From assembly GCA_965218435.1 (NCBI GenBank), contig CBDCKW010000009.1, positions 2,112,001-2,176,000 on the forward strand: a DNA stretch of 64,000 bases. The letters run 5' to 3'. Each line of letters starts with the position of its first letter. The stretch's first letter is position 1. The notes beneath the pieces were generated by a model that was given only the letters and a program-made list of their open reading frames with translations, searched no databases and had not been told where the DNA came from. Both the position numbers and the translations under genes were made by a program. Shown piece by piece: positions 30,308 to 40,680 of this stretch. This stretch comes from Truepera sp. (lineage in GTDB: Bacteria > Deinococcota > Deinococci > Deinococcales > Trueperaceae).

Positions 30308-30724
30308 ATGAAACAACTTCTCTTAAGCCTCCTCGCCACCCTGGGCGTTTTCGCCCTAGCCCAGAGCACGACGCCTGCAACCGTTGATGTCTCTCAAAAT
30401 GAGGCGTTAGGCAAGTTTCTGGTAGACGCCGACGGGATGACGCTCTATCTGTTTACGATGGATACAAAAGACTCGAGTAATTGCTACGACGACTGCGCGG
30501 CCGCGTGGCCCCCACTTTTAACCACCGACCCGGCTGTTGCCGGTAAGGGCGTAGACGCGTCTTTACTCGGTACAGCGGCACGTAAAGACGGCGCGACCCA
30601 AGTGACTTATGATGGTCACCCGCTCTACACGTGGTCGAAAGACAAAGCGCCGGGTGACACCACGGGGCAAGCCGTAGGGGACGTTTGGTACGTCGTCTCC
30701 CCCGCCGGGGAAACCGCGAAATAG
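30308..30724 (+). CDS. Secreted protein with Yx(FWY)xxD repeats (COG4315/Lipoprotein_15-like)
   Basis: Signal peptide, GMTLYLFTMD, CYDDCAAAWPP and GHPLYTWSKD. Confidence 0.85.
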   Translation: MKQLLLSLLATLGVFALAQSTTPATVDVSQNEALGKFLVDADGMTLYLFTMDTKDSSNCYDDCAAAWPPLLTTDPAVAGKGVDASLLGTAARKDGATQVTYDGHPLYTWSKDKAPGDTTGQAVGDVWYVVSPAGETAK

Positions 30725-30796
30725 ATGCAGCCGTCAAAACCCGCTGCGCTAACCTGCAGCTAATCTATGGATAAATTTACCTTAACCGGGGGAACG

Positions 30797-31972
30797 ATGA
30801 CCTTATCTAAACCGCTACTCACCCTAACCACCGGCCTTGCGCTCGCGCTACTGACGCTCTCGAGCTGTAGCGGTGCCGCCACAACACCCGTGACGCCCGT
30901 GACACCTCCGCCAAAACCTATACCTGCTGCCGGTGAGATCATAGCAACAGGTCTAAATTATCCCCAAGGTGTCCTCCTAGCACCGGGCGGAACGCTCTAT
31001 ATCGGTGACTTCGGTACCGCAGGTGACACGGTGCTGGGTACCATCCCGGCCAACCCGCCAGCTCAACCCGACCCCATAGACATCAAAATCGGCAACACCG
31101 CACGAATTCTCGAGGTTGCGGCCGACGGTACACAGAGCGTACTAACTACCTTGCCTTCAGTGTTTTTAGGCCAGGAACCCGTAGGCGCGGGCAAGTTGGC
31201 ATTCGTAGGCGGCGAGCTGTATACGGTTAACGGCGACTGGAGTGTGCCGGATATTGCGCGGCCCGAGCAAGTCTCGGCGCTGCTTAAAATCTCAGCGGGT
31301 ACGGTGGGTGAAGTTGCCAGCACCTGGGCTTTGGAAAAGGCCGAAAATCCCTATCCCGGCCCCGTAGATTCGCACCCTTACGGTCTTACTGCCGGTCCAG
31401 ACGGTAACTTGTGGATCGCCGACGCCGGGGGCAACGACCTGCTTAAGTACGACCTCGAGGCCAAGGAGCTGAGTGTGGTCTCAGTCTTTGCGCCTATCCC
31501 TAACGACAACCCGCCTGCGGGCACACCGCCTGTCTCGGAGCCTGTACCGACCGCAGTTGCTTTTGACGCTGACGGAACGCCCTACGTGTCGCTGCTGACA
31601 GGTTTTCCCTTTACTTCAGGCGCGGCCAAGGTACTCCAAATCGCCGCCGACGGGACTTTTAGCGATTATGCTACCGGGTTAAGTTCGCTGACTGACCTCG
31701 TGACGGGTCCGGACGGCAACCTCTACGCCGTCAGCTTGGGCGACTACTCCTTTGCGTCCGGCGCACCCACGCCCCAACCAGGCACGGGCAGCGTCATCCG
31801 GATTAAACCGGGTGGCGTCAAAGAAACCGTGCTGAGCGGCCTTGACACGCCTACTGCGGTGGCCTTTAACGCCAAAGGAGACGCCTTTATCGTGGTCAAC
31901 GGAGCTGCGGCTCCGGGTACCGGCCAGGTTCTACGCTATGACGGCCTGAGCGAGTATCCAGCCAAACCTTAA
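30797..31972 (+). CDS. ScyD/ScyE-family beta-propeller lipoprotein
   Basis: Lipobox LSSC, DSHPYG, ADAGGNDLL, EPVPT and LTGFPF motifs. Confidence 0.8.
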   Translation: MTLSKPLLTLTTGLALALLTLSSCSGAATTPVTPVTPPPKPIPAAGEIIATGLNYPQGVLLAPGGTLYIGDFGTAGDTVLGTIPANPPAQPDPIDIKIGNTARILEVAADGTQSVLTTLPSVFLGQEPVGAGKLAFVGGELYTVNGDWSVPDIARPEQVSALLKISAGTVGEVASTWALEKAENPYPGPVDSHPYGLTAGPDGNLWIADAGGNDLLKYDLEAKELSVVSVFAPIPNDNPPAGTPPVSEPVPTAVAFDADGTPYVSLLTGFPFTSGAAKVLQIAADGTFSDYATGLSSLTDLVTGPDGNLYAVSLGDYSFASGAPTPQPGTGSVIRIKPGGVKETVLSGLDTPTAVAFNAKGDAFIVVNGAAAPGTGQVLRYDGLSEYPAKP

Positions 31973-32320
31973 TTAGACTCTGAGTGTAAGCAGTGACGAA
32001 GGCAACCCAACTCGCGCCGCCAGGCGGAGCCGCATTTGCTGGCGGCGCGGGTTTATCCGTAGCACCATCTGTACAGGCACCAGGGGGATACCGGCGCGAT
32101 ACGCCCTGGGAAAGCCGGGGCCTATCAGCGCAGCGTGCGGGCAGCCCCGAAGCACACTAGCTGGCGACCGGCGCACTGCTGCTAGCCAAACGCAGTAGGC
32201 GACAACTAAGCCTAAGACCGTTTCCCCAAAAAACGTGGGTTTACAATTTCAGGGGTTCTTTCTGCTCTCGAGGATCTCTTCTTACAATCCTAAATGCTCT
32301 ATACAGGTTGCTCCAGCGCG

Positions 32321-34459
32321 TTATACCCCGTCCATCACCCAGTCCGACAGTACCAACTCGGCCGACCCCGCCTCGAGCATAAACCTCACAGCTTCGGCGG
32401 CGCTCAGGGGCTGCGCGAACAAAAAACCCTGTCCGAACTCACACCCGAGCACCCGAAGCTGCTCGAGCTGCGCCGAGGTCTCGACCCCTTCGGCGGTGAC
32501 CTTGAGGTTGAGTGAACGTGCGAGCGCGACAATCGTCCGGACCAGCTCGGTACTTTCAACACTCCCTTCCATCCGCTGAACGAACGAGCGGTCAATTTTA
32601 AGGACGTTTAAGGGAAAGTTTTGCAGGTAAGAAAGCGACGAATAGCCGGTACCGAAGTCGTCAATGTGGAGTTGGACGCCGAGTCTGTAAAGTTGCTCCA
32701 ACGTCTCTTTGACGGTGCCCGAGTGGGTAATCAGCACGCTTTCGGTGAGCTCGAGCTTTAACGATTCGGGCGAAAACCCGGTCTGCTCTAAAATCTGCGC
32801 GACTTTTGCGGAGAGGTCGGGCCGCGCGAAGCCCTGCCCGGACAAGTTGACGCTCAAGGTGAGGGGTGGCTCGGCGGGGAACGCGCCCTGCCAGGTGAGG
32901 AGCTGCGTACACGCTTCGCGCAGCACCCAGAGGTCAATTTCGGCGATCAGGCCCAACTCTTCGGCGAGCGGGATAAAGTCTTGCGGCGACACCAGACCGT
33001 GAACCGGGTGCTGCCAGCGCACGAGCGCCTCAAAGCCGATCGGCTGTTTTGTCTCGACCGAGAGGATCGGTTGGTAGTGAACCTCAAATTCACGCCGCTC
33101 CAACGCGCCGCGCAGGTCGGTCTCGAGCGCCATCAGCGTGACTGCATATTCACGCAGTTCAGCTGTAAACACCTGGTAGCCAGCCTTCCCGAGCGCCTTG
33201 GCGCGGTACATGGCGAGGTCGGCGTCGCGGAGGACATCTTCAGCGCGGTCGTACCCGGCAGCCGCCGGTACAATACCGATACTGACCGTGATCGGCACCT
33301 GTTTGTCCGAGAGTAGAAACGGGCGTTTGAGCACCGCTTGAATACGTTCGGCGGTCTGTATCGCCCCTTCGACGCTGACATCTTCCAGGAGAATCGTAAA
33401 TTCGTCGCCGCCGAGCCGCGCGACCGTATCGGCGGGCCGCACGCACCCTTTGAGGCGCTCCCCGAGGGCGATCAGTAAGGCGTCACCGACCGCGTGCCCG
33501 AGCGAATCGTTGATGACCTTAAAGCGGTCAAAGTCGAGAAACAAGACCGCAAAGCCCCCCTCGAGGCGTCGGTTAAAGCGTTCGATGGCCTGACCTAAAC
33601 GGTCCTTAAAGAGCGCCCGGTTCGGTAGCCCCGTCAGTGCGTCGTGAAAGGCGTCATGCTGAAGCTGCTCGTTGGCCCGCTCGAGTCGCTCTTTCGCCTC
33701 TTCCAGCTCGCGGGTGCGTTCTTCGACGCGGCGCTCGAGTTCATCGTACGCACGTTGCAACTCACGCTGCGCCTCGGTCAGCTCGGTCACGTCTTGGCCA
33801 TAGCCGAGCATCATCACGAATTCGCCCTGTTCGCCGTAAACCGGACACAGGTTCCGCGTGTGGTAGCGGACGCCCCCCCGGGTCTCAAACCGCTCTTCCC
33901 ACCGCACCTTTTTCTTTTCGGTCAGCGCCCGCCGAAAGTGCTCACGCCGGGTTTCGGCCAGCACCGGGTCACGCCCCAGATGTGCGCAGTACTCGAAGTC
34001 ATCACGGCCAATCAGCCACTCGCGCAGCTTTTTGTTGCGAACGGCGCTCGGGTTGACGAACTGATAGCGGTGTTCCGCGTTAAAGACGACGATTTCGACG
34101 GGCACACTGTTTAAGATGTTTTGATAATGCGCCGACTGTTCGGCCAGTTCCGCTTCAATCTGGTGGCGACTCGTCACGTCGGTATTGGCAAAAATATAAC
34201 CGATGACCGCGCCATCTTCGTCTAGGTAAGGGTAGAGCCTCGAGGTCGTGCGTTTGGCCGTCCCGTTCCGGGCGCGGTAACGCAGCTCTATATCGCTAAA
34301 CCCTTCGCCCTGTTCGACATAAGGGAGCAGCGGTTCGACAAAACTCGCCGAGGTGACCTCTAAGAGTTCGCTGTAATTTTGCCCGATCACCTCGTCACCG
34401 TACCCGAAGTCTTTGCTGCACGCCCGGTTACATGCCTGGATACGGCCCTCCAAATCGAT
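32321..34459 (-). pseudogene. PAS-PAS-GGDEF-EAL protein, 5'-truncated at the IS end
   Basis: GGDEF, EAL and DDFGTGYSSL motifs. The frame begins mid-PAS domain directly at the IS terminus. Confidence 0.8.
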
Positions 34460-35507
34460 TAAATCATCTGCGAAATAGCGCCGAAGGAGTCAAAGGACTA
34501 AACTAGCAGGATGAAAGCGAGCCGCTTAAAGAGAAAGCCCAAGCATCTGTATAACTTCACAGGTTTAAGCGTCGAGCAGTTCAAGTTGCTTAGTAAAGCG
34601 GTCGAAGTACGCCTTGCCGAACCAAAAGGCACCCAGGGCAAATTACGTCAACGTGCAGTAGGCGGGGGACGCAAGGCAGAACTAGGGGTAGAGGATCAGG
34701 TTTTAGGGGTGCTGCTGTATTACCGTTTGTACCTGACCCAGCTGCTACTAGGCTACTTATTCAACTTGGATGATAGTAACGTCAGCCGTTTGATCAGCAA
34801 ACTTCGACCTGTACTACTTGAGGTTCTCCCCTTACCAGCGCACGAGACAGTTCTTTTTGGTCAAGCTAAAAGAAAGCGTATCGCAAGCCTAGAAGAACTG
34901 CTTGAGCAGCATCCTGAGTTCAAGGAAGTCTTGGTTGATGCTACCGAGCAAGAAATCCAGAAACCCAAAGACAAGCAAGAACGCAGAGACAAGTATTCAG
35001 GTAAGAAAAAGCGACATACGCTCAAGACCCAAATCACTGCCACCAACACAAAGCTTATCCTTCATGTGACACGTTCTTTACCAGGCAAATTCAGCGACGT
35101 CAACGTCCTTAGAGGTACCGGGGTGTTACGAGCTTTACCTACGGCTACCGAGGTCCGAGTGGACAAAGGATATGACGGTATTGATAAGGATTTTCCCCAT
35201 AGAACCTTCCATCAGCCCAGCAAAGCTAGAAGAAACAAACCCCTGGACTTCATCCAGAAATGCCTCAACAAAGTTCAAAACAGCCTGCGTTTTCCTGTCG
35301 AGCACACACTGGCTCACTTGAAACGCTTTAAGCTCTTAGCGGGTATCTACCGAGGCCCAAAAGCTGTTTATGATGACACTTTCTTAGCTATCGCGGGGCT
35401 TCATAACTTCAGAAAGTTAGATGCTCTGGCTTGGTAAGCCGACTTAAACCCTTTCTCTAAGCCTAGCTACTTTATTCTGATCGTGTACTTATTTCGCAGA
35501 TGATTTA
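34460..35507 (+). mobile_element. IS5-family (ISL2-like, HTH_Tnp_4 + DDE_Tnp_4) element; transposase 34511-35437
   Basis: Perfect 18-bp inverted ends TAAATCATCTGCGAAATA. DATE, YSGKKK.HT.K, DKGY and R.PVEH motifs. Confidence 0.93.
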
Positions 35508-36048
35508 CTCTGAATTTGTAGACGAGGGCGTCGTAGTTCTCGGTATAGATAACGCCGTTGAAAACAGCTTTGCTTGGAAACAAGCGCGGTTCATCACTGA
35601 AGCAAAATACAAGCAGCTCGAGCGGTATCGGGTTTTCCCTGACGACTTAATCATCACCATCATGGGAACGCTCGGACGCTGCGCGGTTGTGCCGAAAAAC
35701 ATTCCGTTAGCCATAAACACAAAGCATCTTTGCTGTATCACGCTCGACCAGTCGAAATGTTTGCCCACATATCTGCATTCGTGCTTTACCGGGTACCCGG
35801 ATGTTTTGCAGCAGTTGGGTGCGTCAGAACGTGGCGCAATTATGGACGGCCTGAATATGGGGCTCATCAAGGACATTACAATCTCGTTGCCGCCGTTAGC
35901 CCTTCAGCAAAAATTCGCCCAAATAGTCCAAAAACACGAACGGCTGCGGGCTCAGCAGCGGGAGGCGGCGCGGCAGGCGGAGGGGCTTTTTCAGGCACTG
36001 CTGCACCGGGCGTTTCGTGGGGAACTGAGTGAGGCGGCGGTTGTCTAG
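35508..36048 (+). pseudogene. hsdS: Type I restriction specificity subunit HsdS, C-terminal half only
   Basis: One TRD (GTLGRCAVV), PPLALQQKF and [11 protein letters not shown] tail; cut by the IS. Confidence 0.88.
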
Positions 36049-37267
36049 GCAGGGCGGACTTTTTGAGGATGATTACGCTACACCTGTGCGGTACGGACGC
36101 GAGTGGCAACATGCTAACTCGCTCTCGTCGTGCTGTTACCCCGCCGACACCGACAGTCACGGTTACTACTTCGAGCGCAATGTGTGGCAGTTGCTCGAGC
36201 GTTCGCCTTTCTGGGAGAACGTACAAGAGAGTGAGCTCGAGGCGGCGCTTTGGCTTGTCGCCATAGCGCAGGAATACAACGAGTTTACGAACTACGCGAT
36301 TGACGAGACCGACGAGTTCAATGTGCTCGGGGTTTTACACAACGAGTTTCACGTAGACGAAGACGACTTAGCTCAGCACCTTCTGGAATACGGCAATGAC
36401 GATGTAGAGGTGTTCGGCTTTCCGTCATTTGATACGGTGAGCCCACATGATGCGCTTCTCGATAGGCTTGTGACACTGCGGGGCCGAATCCGAAGCTTAA
36501 TAAAGGAGACTGTCGGTGCGCCCGAATTACGGCTGAACTTTTACCGTGACCCCTCTGGTTGGGACAGCAGGTTACGAGGCGTAGCTTTACCCAGACTAGA
36601 ATCTCAAGAACCTCTAAAGCTAACAAATGACTGGAACGAGGTAATGCGCTTTGTCGAGCAGGGCAAAAAAGTGCCACCCCTCCCACCGTTGCCTGAATGG
36701 TTTGATAAGGGCTGGTCATCCATTCTTGTTCGGGGCCATGACAAGCAGTTTGCCACAAACGCTTGGCATCCGCTGCGACGGTCAAAACTTGCGCCAAAGC
36801 TCAGCGGCCCGCACGAAGAGGCTGCACTTTGGGCGGTCATGCTACGCCTCAGCTATGTGGGCTTTTTAGAGGTTGCAATGGACGAGTGAGATGACCGTTC
36901 TATCCTTATGTGGCTCGAGGATTTTGGGGTGTCATGGGCAAATGTAGCGAAACATCTGGGCGTTGAAGATTACCTGCTTGGTGAAGACGAAGATACGGAA
37001 GGGCTCGAAAATGCGCTTTGGCGAGCAGTGCGTGAAAGAAGACCACTCTTAAAAACCGGGTTTGTGCGAATCTTATCCACTACCACCCGAATTGTAGATT
37101 TCTACTGTGACCCCTTCGGCTTTCGAGATGTATTTTCAGGTGGTGAGTCCCCTAACGACGATCAGCGTGACTCTGAAGAGAAGGCGCTCGAGCCTGAGCA
37201 GCTTGGAAAGCTTTGGGACTGGGTTGATCAGCTATTTATCTCTTCAGAGTCACTTTTGCCTGAATGA
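36041..37267 (+). pseudogene. Hypothetical two-repeat protein interrupted by in-frame TGA at 36887-36889
   Basis: ORFs 36029-36889 and 36908-37267 share a frame and together form two aligned ~190-aa repeats. Confidence 0.7.
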
Positions 37268-37297
37268 GTAACTAAACAGTGCTTTGCGCCTAAATCA

Positions 37298-37936
37298 ATG
37301 ACCTATCCTGTTCCCACTTCCATCTACCACATTACGCACATCGCTAACCTTGCGAGTATTTTGGCGGCGGGTGGGCTAGGGTGCAAAGCGGGTATGGCGA
37401 ACAAGCAGCACGTAGATGTGTCGCACTACGACCTTCAAGAGCGCCGCCGTCGCCGAGAGGTAACTTGTGCGCCCGGTGGCAATCTCCACGATTATGTGCC
37501 CTTTTACTTCGCGCCTCGGTCGCCGATGCTTTACGCGCTCTACCGGGGCAACGTTGCCGGGTACGACGGTGGTCAGACGCCGCTCGTTTATCTGGTCTCG
37601 AGCGTACAAGAGGTAACTTCACAGGGCTTGCCGTTCGTCTTTACCGATGGACACCCAATCATGGCGTTTTCAAAGTTTTATGCGGAGGTCGAAGCGTTAG
37701 ACCGTATCGCGTGGGACGTTATGGTGGGGACGTACTGGAACGATACGGCAGAGTTCCCAAACCGTAAACAGCTCAAGCAGGCGGAGTTTTTAGTACATCA
37801 AACTTTTCCGTGGCAGGCCATCGAGCTTTTAGCGGTACGCTCGTCCACAGCGAAAACCCAGGTCGAGCGCGTCCTTAGCACTGCTCCTCAACGTTTTACA
37901 AAACCTGTTCACCTCATGCCGGGGTGGTACTTTTAG
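37298..37936 (+). CDS. darT: DNA ADP-ribosyltransferase toxin DarT (DUF4433)
   Basis: YHITHIANL, YVPFYFAPRSPML, FTDGH and KQAEFLV (catalytic Glu). Confidence 0.93.
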   Translation: MTYPVPTSIYHITHIANLASILAAGGLGCKAGMANKQHVDVSHYDLQERRRRREVTCAPGGNLHDYVPFYFAPRSPMLYALYRGNVAGYDGGQTPLVYLVSSVQEVTSQGLPFVFTDGHPIMAFSKFYAEVEALDRIAWDVMVGTYWNDTAEFPNRKQLKQAEFLVHQTFPWQAIELLAVRSSTAKTQVERVLSTAPQRFTKPVHLMPGWYF

Positions 37937-37985
37937 ATTTGCTAAACTGAGCGAGTAGAAACTTCTTACTGCGCCGGGTGAAGAT

Positions 37986-39032
37986 GTGATTGAACTAAAG
38001 CAGGACAACCTTTTCCACGCGAAAGTGGACGCGCTTGTCAACACTGTTAATACCGTCGGTGTGATGGGCAAGGGGATTGCCTTGCAGTTTAAGCGCACCT
38101 ACCCGGACAACTTCAAAGCATACGCGCGTGCCTGTAAAGCGGGTGAAGTTGTGATCGGTAAGATGTTTACCTTTGACCGGGGCGAACTCAGCACGCCGAG
38201 GTTCATCATTAACTTTCCAACTAAGCAGCACTGGCGTAGTCCATCGAGGCTCGAGTACATCGAGAGTGGCCTTGTTGACCTTATGCATGAAATAAAACGC
38301 TTGGGCATCACGTCGGTCGCTATGCCCGCGCTCGGTTGTAGTAACGGTGGTCTGGAGTGGGCAGACGTAAAACCGCGTATTACAGATGCTTTTAACGACA
38401 TGCCGGAAGTTCGAGTACTGCTTTACGAACCGCAAGAACATAAGGTTCCTGTCAACCTCGGTAAACCCAAAAAGAAGCCAAACCTCTCTTTGGGTCGCGC
38501 TCTAATGATTACGCTTATTGATTTGTACAACACGCCTGGATATACACTTGGCAGACTTGAGGCGCAGAAGCTCGCCTACTTTTTGCAGTCTGCCGGACAA
38601 GACCTCAACCTAAGTTTCGTCAAGCACGAATACGGCCCCTACGCCGAAGCTGTAAACCACGTGTTGCAGGCGCTCGAAGGCTATTACATCAAGGGATATG
38701 GCGACCGCAGTGGCGCGTCCGAGATCACTGTACTGCCGGGCATCACTGACGAGGCGTGTGCGCAGCTCGAGCCATACGAGGATGCACTATTTAGGCTCGA
38801 GCGGGTCAAGAAGCTCATTGAAGGGTTTGAAACGCCTTATGGGATGGAGCTTTTAGCCTCGGTGCATTGGCTTATCACACAAGAACACGCACACAGTTAC
38901 GACGATGCTGTGAAGCTTCTGCACGGGTGGAATGAGCGTAAAGCGCATGTTTTTAGAGATGAACATATCGCTATTGCTTGGAATCATCTTGACCAGTTGG
39001 GCTGGATGGAGCCTCGAGCTTCAGCCACATAG
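37986..39032 (+). CDS. darG: Macrodomain antitoxin DarG
   Basis: VNTVNTVGVMGKGIALQFK, NFPTK.HW, QKLAYFLQ and GFETPYGMELLASVHW. Confidence 0.94.
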   Translation: MIELKQDNLFHAKVDALVNTVNTVGVMGKGIALQFKRTYPDNFKAYARACKAGEVVIGKMFTFDRGELSTPRFIINFPTKQHWRSPSRLEYIESGLVDLMHEIKRLGITSVAMPALGCSNGGLEWADVKPRITDAFNDMPEVRVLLYEPQEHKVPVNLGKPKKKPNLSLGRALMITLIDLYNTPGYTLGRLEAQKLAYFLQSAGQDLNLSFVKHEYGPYAEAVNHVLQALEGYYIKGYGDRSGASEITVLPGITDEACAQLEPYEDALFRLERVKKLIEGFETPYGMELLASVHWLITQEHAHSYDDAVKLLHGWNERKAHVFRDEHIAIAWNHLDQLGWMEPRASAT

Positions 39033-39137
39033 AGGTGGGGCAAAATGATGGGGTCACTAACTGCCGCATTTTAGTAAAATTCAGAGACGCATACCGTGCG
39101 ACAATTAGCTTTATACAACGTTTGACGCTTGAGCTGC

Positions 39138-39557
39138 TTAAGTACGTGGGTTTCTGGACAGATGAACGCCTCTACCTCTCCACTTACCCGTGTAAAGCCA
39201 CCCTTCATAGTGAGCGAGCCACTCCGATGCCCAAGGGAGAATAGTTTCGGCTAGGTACATGTGACTATCCCACTCTTTACCCCAAGGCAGATAAAGGCAA
39301 AGTGACTCGTCCGAATATAGGTGAGGCGGACGTTGGTTTTCTCGATACCTCAGCTTGGGTTCGACCACGTAGGCACGGGGACGCTTCCGCAATTTGTAGT
39401 GTAGCCGTAAGCTGTAAGTCGCGCCCAGTGGACTTGGCGTGATCTGTCCAAGCCAAACCAACTGACTGCGGTTTATCTGACTTTGAGAGTCAGGAAACAT
39501 GTGCGATAGACTCGCCCGCTGTAGCGCAAGGCTCAGCGCCTGTTCTTTAATCCTCAC
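39138..39557 (-). CDS. CBASS-associated stand-alone E2-like protein
   Basis: PPHLY...LCLY...W....LAETILPWASEWL..YE.WL.TG.W.G.G.H pattern; overlaps the CD-NTase stop. Confidence 0.8.
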   Translation of the reverse strand: MRIKEQALSLALQRASLSHMFPDSQSQINRSQLVWLGQITPSPLGATYSLRLHYKLRKRPRAYVVEPKLRYRENQRPPHLYSDESLCLYLPWGKEWDSHMYLAETILPWASEWLAHYEGWLYTGKWRGRGVHLSRNPRT

Positions 39558-40680
39558 CGAAGTTGGTATGTCTTGGCACCGTTACAGCACCAGTTGCACC
39601 CAAGGTGCCTGTACTTTTTTTCATCTTGAGTTGACCATCCTCGCGCTGTTTATAAAGATCATCCATATGCTCATCAATTGCTTGCTGAACTACCCGCTCG
39701 CCCAGACGTTCGCCGAACAACTCACCGATGTTATGAATCCCCGACGTTGCCGCCGCGCGCTCAAGATCCATTTTAAGTTGATTTAACCACCGATAAAAAT
39801 TCTCTTCGCGCTTTGGGTTTGTCTCCCATTTATCAGCGAAATTTTCTTCCGGGTCAACTGGATTAGGTATATAAGCTTTATCACCAACGTACTTGATAAA
39901 TCTTTCCATATCAAAGGCAACCTCGAAGAGTGCTTCAAAAAGGTCGGATTCGCCGTTGTAAGCGTGCGCCGCGAGGGTAGTGATGATGATTGAAATAGGT
40001 TTATCGTCTTGATCCTCTACAAAGTAGATATCGCGGTGACGTTTGAGAAGCTGCACAACGCGCTGCAGCGGTGTCCTGACCCTCCACTCGGGTACGTCCT
40101 CTACATCAGCCTTGAGCACTTTTGCCAGACGCTCACGCTCTGCTTGAAACTGATAACTCATTTGTCCAATGAACCACTTGCTGTAGTCAACTGGGTTACT
40201 GGGCTGCCACTCGCGCAGCTCCTTATCGGTAATTAGGATGCTGTTTTTATTACCTTCGGCATTAGGTATTGCCGGAAGTACGTCTAAGTGAAACTCGCTG
40301 TAAGTAAGCGTCCAGCACCGGCGACCTTCAGTTAAAACTCGCCGATAACGCCCATTCTCTTTAAGTCGATCACCGACTCGGTGCTTAAGGTCATATTGAG
40401 TTGTCTGCTCTTTGACGATATATAAAACGCATACGGAGTCAATATCATAGTCGGCTTCATCTGAAATCGGACGGATGGCCGTACCTAAACGAAACGAGCC
40501 CTGTGAATAGATAGTGGGATGGTAAACAGCCAAGGCACTGTCAGCTTCGTTAAGCCATTCACCGATCTCGTCATACTTGGCAATAATTTCTCGTGTCAGG
40601 TGTTCGGGTATGTCTAGTTGGCTGGCAATACGGCTCAAGATGTCGCTCAGCTGCTCAGCCTTTGGGCTATCTAAAATCAT
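39547..40680 (-). CDS. cGAS/DncV-like nucleotidyltransferase (CD-NTase)
   Basis: QGSFRLGT...YDID, HLDVLPA, SNP.DY, KPISIIITTL and ENFADKW motifs; C-terminus HTNFG-ED. Confidence 0.93.
   Translation of the reverse strand: MILDSPKAEQLSDILSRIASQLDIPEHLTREIIAKYDEIGEWLNEADSALAVYHPTIYSQGSFRLGTAIRPISDEADYDIDSVCVLYIVKEQTTQYDLKHRVGDRLKENGRYRRVLTEGRRCWTLTYSEFHLDVLPAIPNAEGNKNSILITDKELREWQPSNPVDYSKWFIGQMSYQFQAERERLAKVLKADVEDVPEWRVRTPLQRVVQLLKRHRDIYFVEDQDDKPISIIITTLAAHAYNGESDLFEALFEVAFDMERFIKYVGDKAYIPNPVDPEENFADKWETNPKREENFYRWLNQLKMDLERAAATSGIHNIGELFGERLGERVVQQAIDEHMDDLYKQREDGQLKMKKSTGTLGATGAVTVPRHTNFGED

Noticed and set aside
31985..32060. AAGCAGTGACGAAG start resembling a T-box leader
   Set aside because: No AG box, specifier loop or T-box sequence, and no co-oriented amino-acid gene downstream.
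35500..35507. ATG at 35500 as the native hsdS start
   Set aside because: It lies inside the IS inverted repeat. The gene is a truncated remnant.
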